Positions 58,085 through 64,000 of a DNA stretch of 64,000 bases are shown here, one piece after another. Within the stretch, counting starts at the first letter, position 1; each line of letters begins with the position of its first letter. A program made the translations under genes and the position numbers. Origin of the DNA: Pseudomonadota bacterium (lineage in GTDB: Bacteria > Desulfobacterota > Desulfovibrionia > Desulfovibrionales > Desulfovibrionaceae); the NCBI GenBank assembly GCA_018816865.1, contig JAHIUW010000023.1:1-64000 (forward strand), read 5' to 3'. A model generated the notes under the pieces. The model worked only from the letters and a program-made list of their open reading frames with translations. It was not told the DNA's origin and searched no databases.

Positions 58085-59230
58085 TTAGTGCGAGCCACCT
58101 GTGACCTCCGCGAATTCGTCCTCGCGGAAGATGGTCATGGGCGGCGCTTCGTCAGGGTTCATGCCCGGCGTGTAGCCGAAGGCTGCCTGCGTCTTGTGGG
58201 ATACGGTACGGAACAGCTCCATCACGGGCACGTTGTTGGGGCAGGCGTTGGAGCACTGGCCGCAGCCCACGCAGGAGGTGCTCATGTGCGCCAGCCGAGT
58301 CAGGTGGAAGAACACCGTGTCCGTGGGCATCTTCAGGGATCCGTGCTTCTTGGCCCAGCCCAGGTACTGATCGGGCTTGTAGTCGAAGACGTCGGTCAGA
58401 AAGACGCATTCCTTGCAGTAACAGACCGGGCAGGCCGCGCGGCAGTTGTAGCAGTTGATGCAGCTTGAGAGGTGCTCGGCCAGTCCGGCCAAGGTGCTCG
58501 TGGCTGCGTGGGTTGTCTCGAACATGGCGTCGCGGAAGTTTTCGCGCTTGGCCACCACCTCGGCCACGACCGCCTCGCGCGCTCCATTGGCAGGGGCATC
58601 GGAATAGCCCAGCCGGGTCAGCACGCCTTCGCCGCGGGCGGTGTTGGCGATGAGCTGGATCTCCTTGGTCGGGTCGCTGCCGAACAACCCCAGGATCAGG
58701 TCCGCGCCTTCGGGCACGGGATGTTCGCAGGCCTGGCAGGCCTTGGCGATGGGCAGCCCGTCTATCTCGGTCTGGCCTCCCAGGGCCTGGAGCATGAACT
58801 TTTCACTCAGGGCCATGGGCTCGCCCTGGGCCGCGTAGTGCTGGTTGTCCGCGTTGGTCAGTGCGCCCAGGCAATCGCTGCCGATGAGCAGCACATGGTC
58901 CATGCTGCCCTGGTTGAGCTTGACCAGTTCGATGAAGGCCCGGATCTCGCAGGGCCGGAGCACCGCCGCCACGGGCCTGCCCCCTGCGCCCTTGGTCAGG
59001 CGCGAGATCATCTTGGCCGCGTTGAGGGGAAAGGCCGGAGACAGGGGATCGGCCTGCGCCATGTCTGCGGGGTCACTGACCAGGGTGGGCATCACCGCGC
59101 CCTTGATGGGCATGTGGCGGGGCGTGAGAATCGCCGTCGCCTCGCCCCGTTCCAGAAGCTGGACGAGCAGGCCCTGGATTGCGCGCACAGGCCCCTCGGG
59201 TCCGACTTCGATACGTGCTGTGGTCGCCAT
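58085..59230 (-). CDS. FrhB/FdhB-like FAD and Fe-S subunit (coenzyme F420 hydrogenase beta-subunit family-like).
   Basis: C-terminal CINCYNCRAACP and CVGCGQCSNACP. Start MATTARIE with a GGAGGGAGAA RBS. Family call is tentative. Confidence 0.6.
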   Translation of the reverse strand: MATTARIEVGPEGPVRAIQGLLVQLLERGEATAILTPRHMPIKGAVMPTLVSDPADMAQADPLSPAFPLNAAKMISRLTKGAGGRPVAAVLRPCEIRAFIELVKLNQGSMDHVLLIGSDCLGALTNADNQHYAAQGEPMALSEKFMLQALGGQTEIDGLPIAKACQACEHPVPEGADLILGLFGSDPTKEIQLIANTARGEGVLTRLGYSDAPANGAREAVVAEVVAKRENFRDAMFETTHAATSTLAGLAEHLSSCINCYNCRAACPVCYCKECVFLTDVFDYKPDQYLGWAKKHGSLKMPTDTVFFHLTRLAHMSTSCVGCGQCSNACPNNVPVMELFRTVSHKTQAAFGYTPGMNPDEAPPMTIFREDEFAEVTGGSH

Positions 59231-59247
59231 GATTTTCTCCCTCCAGG

Positions 59248-59670
59248 TCAGAGAATGGCCGCTTGTCTGGCTTCGCCGGGACCCATCTCCCGGATCTCGG
59301 CCACCAGATCGTTGACGGTTGCGGCGAATTCGTTGCCCTCGCTGGCCCCGATCCAGGTCAGCTTGACCCGGCGTTCGTCGATGCCGAACTGGGTCAGCAA
59401 CTCTTTGAGAAGCTTCACCCGCCGCCGGGCCTTGTAGTTGCCGTTGATGTAGTGGCAGTCGCCCGGGTGGCAGCCGCTGATGAGCACGGCGTCTGCCCCG
59501 GCGAGCAGTGCCTTGATCACGTACTTGGGGTCCACCATGCCGGTGCACATCATGCGGATCAGTTTCAGGTTGGGCGGCTGGACCATTCGCGAGGTGCCCG
59601 CCAGATCCGCCGCAGTGTAGGTGCACCAGTTGCAGACAAAGGCCACGATGGTCGGTTCAAAATGTCCCAT
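59248..59670 (-). CDS. mvhD: MvhD/FlxD-like [2Fe-2S] electron-transfer protein.
   Basis: FVCNWCTY...MCTGMVDP...GADAVLISGCHPGDCHY matches the MvhD family. Confidence 0.85.
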   Translation of the reverse strand: MGHFEPTIVAFVCNWCTYTAADLAGTSRMVQPPNLKLIRMMCTGMVDPKYVIKALLAGADAVLISGCHPGDCHYINGNYKARRRVKLLKELLTQFGIDERRVKLTWIGASEGNEFAATVNDLVAEIREMGPGEARQAAIL

Positions 59671-59694
59671 GGGTCTCTCCTTGGTCGTCTCCGG

Positions 59695-61698
59695 TTAGGC
59701 CTGCGACTGTGCGCTGGGCACGGTGGTCGGTTCCGGCATGGTGGGGACCTCGTCCAGCAGGCCCTCCAGTTCCGAGAAGACCTGACGCTCGGTGAAGTGC
59801 TTGATCTGGGCCGCTCCGCTGGGGCAGTGCCCGGCGCAGCTGCCGCAGCCCTTGCACATGGCCTCGTTGACCACGGAGACCCCGCGGCGGCTGTCGAACT
59901 CGATGGCCGAGTAAGCGCACAGCCCGATGCAGGCCTTGCAGCCGATGCAGATGTCCGGGTCGATGTAGGACGTGGTGGGCGAGACCTCCACGGTGCCGCG
60001 GGCGGCCATGGCCAGGGATTGGGCCGCCGCGCCCGAGGCATGGGCCACGGCATCGGGGATGTCCTTGGGGCCCTGGCAGCTGCCGCCCAGGAAAATACCG
60101 TCCGTGGCCGTGGACACCGGCCCGAGCTTGGGGTGCTCTTCCAGGAAGAAGCCGTCCCGGCCCTGGGCCACGCCGAAGATGCGGGCCACCTCGGAAGTGT
60201 CGTGGCGACATTCCATGGCTGTGCAGAGGATGGCCATGTCCACGGGCACCTCCAGCAGCTGGGCGGAGAGGGTGTCCTCGGCGATGATCAGCAGCTTGCC
60301 GTCCTGGCGCTGACGGATTTCGGAGGGCCGGCCGCGGACGAAGGTCACGCCTTCCTTCTGCACGCGGACCAGGAATTCTTCGTAGCCCTTTCCGAAACAT
60401 CTCAGGTCGATGTAGAAATTGTAGATGGGCGTGTTGTGTCCTACCTTGTCCTTGATCAGGTGGTCGTACTTCAGGGCGTACATGCAGCAGACCCTGGAGC
60501 AGTATTCGTGGTGATTCACGTCGCGACTGCCCACGCAGTGCAGCACGGCCACGCTGCCCGGAGGCTGACCGTTCTTCATCAGGATTTTGCCGCCCGTGGG
60601 GCCCACGGCGTTGTTCAGGCGCTCGAACTGCAGGGCGGTGTAGACCTCTGGAAAGCGCCCGAAGCCGTATTGGGTGATGGGGGTGGGGTCCATGGCGTCG
60701 TAGCCCGTGGCCAGGATGATGCTGCCCACCTCCAGCTCGATGAGCTGCTCGGTCTGTTGGAAATCAATGGCCCCGGACGGGCAGAACTTCTCGCAGGCGC
60801 CGCACTTCTTGCCGTTCAGGACGCGGCAGTGCTCGGCGTCGATGACCGGGGTCGCGGGCACGCTCTGGGGCGAGTTGCGGTAGATGGCACGGCGCTGGGC
60901 CATGCCCTCCTCAAAGATCGAGTCCACGCGTGTGGGGCATTTTTCCAAGCACAGGCCACAGCCGGTGCACTTGGTGGCGTCCACATAGCGGGGCTTCATC
61001 TTGACCGTGGCCTTGTAGTTGCCCACAAAGCCCTCGACGTGGGTCACCTCGGACCAGGTCAAAAGATGGATGTTGGGGTCCTGGGCCACGGCCACCATCT
61101 TCGGTGTCGAGATGCAGGCCGCGCAGTCCAGGGTGGGGAAGGTCTTGTCGAATTGGGCCATGTGTCCGCCGATGGACGGGGCACGCTCGACGAGATGCAC
61201 CCGGTGGCCCGAACGGGCCACATCCAGGGCCGCCTGGATGCCCGCGATGCCGCCGCCCACGACCATCACGTCGGGGCTGACGGGTACCTCGCGTGAATGC
61301 AGCTCCTGATGCCAGCCCACGCGGGCCACGGCTGCCGCTACCAGGTGCTTGGCCTTGAGGGTGGCCTCGGCGGGGTCTGCGGTGACCCACGAACAGTGCT
61401 CGCGAATGCAGGTCATCTGGAAGAAATAGGGGTTCAGCCCGGCGCGGGCGCAGGCCTTCTGGAAGGTCTTTTCGTGCAGCCGGGGCGAGCATGAGGCCAC
61501 CACCACCCGGTTCACCCCGAGGTGCCGGATGTCGTCAATGATCATGTCCTGACCCGGGTCCGAGCACATGAATTTGTAGTCGCGGCTGACCACGACCCCG
61601 GGCAGGCTTTTGGCAAAATAGGCCACGCCTTCGCTGTCCACCTTGCCCGCGATGTTGGTTCCGCAGTGACAGACATAGACGCCGATTCGCTTGGCCAT
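59695..61698 (-). CDS. hdrA: Heterodisulfide reductase subunit A (canonical, about 660 aa).
   Basis: N-terminal VYVCHCGTNI; FAD motif MVVGGGIAGIQAALD; LHCVGSRD...CSRVCC; four [4Fe-4S] motifs. Confidence 0.9.
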   Translation of the reverse strand: MAKRIGVYVCHCGTNIAGKVDSEGVAYFAKSLPGVVVSRDYKFMCSDPGQDMIIDDIRHLGVNRVVVASCSPRLHEKTFQKACARAGLNPYFFQMTCIREHCSWVTADPAEATLKAKHLVAAAVARVGWHQELHSREVPVSPDVMVVGGGIAGIQAALDVARSGHRVHLVERAPSIGGHMAQFDKTFPTLDCAACISTPKMVAVAQDPNIHLLTWSEVTHVEGFVGNYKATVKMKPRYVDATKCTGCGLCLEKCPTRVDSIFEEGMAQRRAIYRNSPQSVPATPVIDAEHCRVLNGKKCGACEKFCPSGAIDFQQTEQLIELEVGSIILATGYDAMDPTPITQYGFGRFPEVYTALQFERLNNAVGPTGGKILMKNGQPPGSVAVLHCVGSRDVNHHEYCSRVCCMYALKYDHLIKDKVGHNTPIYNFYIDLRCFGKGYEEFLVRVQKEGVTFVRGRPSEIRQRQDGKLLIIAEDTLSAQLLEVPVDMAILCTAMECRHDTSEVARIFGVAQGRDGFFLEEHPKLGPVSTATDGIFLGGSCQGPKDIPDAVAHASGAAAQSLAMAARGTVEVSPTTSYIDPDICIGCKACIGLCAYSAIEFDSRRGVSVVNEAMCKGCGSCAGHCPSGAAQIKHFTERQVFSELEGLLDEVPTMPEPTTVPSAQSQA

Positions 61699-61710
61699 GA
61701 TCTTCCTCCT

Positions 61711-62157
61711 TTACCTCTGTGGCTCCCGGTCCGGATAATCTTTCAGGGCCAGGGTCAGCTCTGCGACGAGTTGCTTGAGTCTTGCGTTCTCGCTCCGGAG
61801 TTCGGCTTCGGCGCGGGTCTTGCGGCCATCCTCGAACAGTCGGGGCAGATTGCTCGTCAGTCTCTCCTGCCACTTGTAGTATTGGCTGGGGCAGATGCCG
61901 TAGTGCTCACACAGTAGGGAGACCGGGGTGCCCTTGATCCCCTGAAGCACGATTTCGGCCTTGGTGTTGGGGTCCCAGCGCCTGCGTCTCACCTTCGCCT
62001 CCGCATCCGCCTGCGCCCCGCCCGTTACGGGCGTGACAACCTCCCAAGAACAAGAAGCGTACCCGTACCGGAATTTGTTTGCCTTTTCAGGGGTTTTTCG
62101 CTGTGGGGTTCCTTGATTGCAGCGGGGACACAAGGGAAAAACTGTCTTGCTGTGCAA
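61711..62157 (-). mobile_element. IS3-family transposase OrfA remnant (no OrfB), abutting the hdrA start.
   Basis: RRRWDPNTKAEIVLQGIKGTPVSLLCEHYGICPSQYYKWQERL HTH and a leucine-zipper tail (LRSENARLKQLVAELTLALK); no transposase catalytic ORF follows. Confidence 0.65.
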
Positions 62158-62419
62158 GATTTATCTTGTCTGGCAAGACTCGAAGCCTTGGGCTGAGGCA
62201 CCGGAAACGCTGAGGATTATCCGAGGGCTGGATATCTTCAGTGCCGGGGGCAGCGGGGTTTGCGCTGGCAGGGTGCAGGTCCTGGCTCCAACTGTCTTGC
62301 CCGACAAGATCATCCCAGTGTTTTCCTGGGAATTCGAGGAAGTTGACATCATGCGCTTTTTCTTCCCATAGTGGACACTCAAAGGACCCCTGGCGCAGCG
62401 GGGAGCGGAGGGAAAGGCC

Positions 62420-64000
62420 ATGGCGAGCTCCAAGCCATCGGGATTAAAGACAGCAGAGACTGTCCGCAGCGAGGACTGGGCCGATCTGACAACCGGCACC
62501 AGTTTCGCACTGCTCATCGCCCCTGACGGGACCATCCTGGCGGCCAATGAGGCCGTGGCTCAGAGGCTGGAGATCCCCCTGTCCAGATTCGTGGGCAGTT
62601 GCATCTACGATCATTTCCCTGTGGAAACCGCCGCGCGCAGGCGGGCCATGGCGGCCATGGCCCTGGAGACGGGTGTCGCCCAGTCCTATGAGGATGTCTC
62701 CAGTTCCGGCAATGTGCTGGACACGGTGATCCATCCCGTGCTGGGGGCGGATGGCAAGGCGGTGACCCTGGCGGTGTTCGCCACCGATGTCACCGGGCAG
62801 CGGCGGATCATGCATGAACGCCTGCGCATGGCCACGGCCATTGAACAGGCCGTGGAGGCCGTGGTCATCTACGACACGGATTTCAGTATCCGCTACGTGA
62901 ATCAGGCCTTTGAGGAGATGACCGGCTATTCCCAGAGCGAGGTCCGGGGCCGGTCCGGAGAGTTGCTCTATCAGGGCCGTCATCAGCAGAAGTCCCTGGG
63001 GCTCATCAGGACAGCCATGGCCGAGGGCGAGGCCTGGACCGGGCGGACCTTCAACACCCGCAAGGACGGGCGGGTGATCCAGGTGGAGAAGACTGTCTCG
63101 CCCATCCGGGGGCGGTTCGGGGTGCCCTTGGGTTGGGTCAGCGTCTGGCGCGACGTGACGCACGTGGCCGTCTTGGAAAAGCAGCTCAGGCAGGCCCAGA
63201 GCATGGAGGCCATCGGCACTCTGGCTGGGGGCATTGCCCACGATTTCAACAATATCCTGGGACCCATTATTCTGCACTCGGAATTGGGTCAGACAATGGT
63301 CCCCGAGGGGAGCCCGGCACACCTGAGCTTTTCAGAGATCCTGGAGGCCGCCAACCGGGCCCGGGCCCTGGTGGACCAGATCCTGTCCCTGTCGCGCAAG
63401 CATGAGGCCGACGAGCCAGTACTCTTCCGTTTGTCCAGTATCTGCAAGGAATGCATCAAGTTCCTGCGGCCTTCTCTGCCCGCCACCATCGCCATCGTCG
63501 AGGACCAGCGCGCCGAGGATGATACGATTCTGGCCGACCCCACGCAGATTCATCAGGTGGTCATGAACCTGGCCACCAACGCGGCCTACGCCATGCGCGA
63601 GCAGGGCGGCACACTGACCCTGGCGGTCCAGGCCGTGGATCTGGACCTGTCCATGCGTTCGCTGTTCCCGGATGCGGGGGTCGGGAGCTATGTGATGCTG
63701 ACCGTCAAGGACACGGGCCAGGGCATGCCCAAAGAGCATCTGGAACGGGTCTTCGACCCCTTCTTCACCACCAAGAAGAGCCTGGGCACGGGCCTGGGCC
63801 TGACCGTGGTCCACAACATCGTGACCCGCCATGGCGGGGCCGTGCGTCTGGAGAGCTCGCCAGGCGTCGGCACGGCCTTTCACGTGCTCCTGCCGCGCAG
63901 CGAATCGCCCGGACTGGTCCCGGCCGAGACCCTGATCGCCAGTCCGATCCTGGGCAGCGGTCAGGTACTGTTTGTGGACGACGAGGCCGCGCTGCGCACG
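62420..64000 (+). CDS. PAS/PAC hybrid sensor histidine kinase, 3'-partial (the receiver domain begins at the window end). Not in the ORF track because there is no stop codon in the window.
   Basis: Own translation from atggcgagctcc. Two PAS domains. H-box GIAHDFNNIL. HATPase G-boxes (DTGQGM, GTGLGLTVV). VLFVDDEAAL is a receiver start. Confidence 0.75.
   Translation, partial: MASSKPSGLKTAETVRSEDWADLTTGTSFALLIAPDGTILAANEAVAQRLEIPLSRFVGSCIYDHFPVETAARRRAMAAMALETGVAQSYEDVSSSGNVLDTVIHPVLGADGKAVTLAVFATDVTGQRRIMHERLRMATAIEQAVEAVVIYDTDFSIRYVNQAFEEMTGYSQSEVRGRSGELLYQGRHQQKSLGLIRTAMAEGEAWTGRTFNTRKDGRVIQVEKTVSPIRGRFGVPLGWVSVWRDVTHVAVLEKQLRQAQSMEAIGTLAGGIAHDFNNILGPIILHSELGQTMVPEGSPAHLSFSEILEAANRARALVDQILSLSRKHEADEPVLFRLSSICKECIKFLRPSLPATIAIVEDQRAEDDTILADPTQIHQVVMNLATNAAYAMREQGGTLTLAVQAVDLDLSMRSLFPDAGVGSYVMLTVKDTGQGMPKEHLERVFDPFFTTKKSLGTGLGLTVVHNIVTRHGGAVRLESSPGVGTAFHVLLPRSESPGLVPAETLIASPILGSGQVLFVDDEAALRT

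Noticed and set aside
62161-63322. Minus-strand ORFs (62161-62547, 62444-63322) opposite the histidine-kinase gene.
   Set aside because: The plus-strand frame gives a coherent PAS-HisKA-HATPase-receiver architecture. The minus-strand translations lack motifs.

Overview
High-GC (about 63%) Desulfovibrio-like deltaproteobacterial chromosome. All identifications are from reading the translated ORFs and the DNA for motifs, since no searches could be run. ORF boundaries follow the supplied six-frame track, and internal start codons were re-derived from ribosome-binding-site context.

The first roughly 11 kb looks accessory. It begins with the right end of a P4-like integrative element: a zinc-finger/TOPRIM primase and a D5/P4-type NTPase (helicase-like) whose gene carries an in-frame 3x51-bp tandem repeat. 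The two genes are separated by a pyrimidine-rich region with AGACCTTTG iterons.

Next come three diverged direct copies of a roughly 90-nt module at about 4.5, 7.6 and 11.2 kb. Each module is a tRNA 3'-half-like segment followed by an intrinsic-terminator hairpin. They bracket small cargo segments encoding a Sel1-repeat lipoprotein, a GNAT-nitrilase fusion, a secreted ankyrin-repeat protein and a FUSC-type exporter. I read this as a stacked-island signature at a tRNA attachment site, with the copies decaying in sequence the further they are from the element.

The rest is core-like metabolic DNA, in order:
- a Cys-rich putative metallocluster-handling operon (NifX-like, DUF5320, NifU-like, CGGC-like) under a PAS/sigma-54 activator
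- modABC plus a ModE-like regulator with an integrase-fold DNA-binding domain
- a cytoplasmic molybdopterin oxidoreductase translationally coupled to an FbpABC/PotABCD-type importer
- an NfeD-flotillin pair and a lone radical-SAM gene
- a large glycerol locus: glpK, a membrane-anchored HdrDE-like pair in place of GlpC, glpB, glpA, glpR, and a glpSTPQUV-type ABC importer with one degenerate ATPase
- a fatty-acid desaturase; LysE, ArgP and ArgO; an AraC regulator with an EamA transporter; a tandem Usp protein
- a six-gene heterodisulfide-reductase-like cluster (hdrA, mvhD, frhB-like, a 1141-aa tandem-HdrA protein, hdrC, hdrB)
- an IS3 orfA remnant directly abutting hdrA, then a partial PAS hybrid histidine kinase running off the window

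No CRISPR array, no rRNA and no intact tRNA gene were found.
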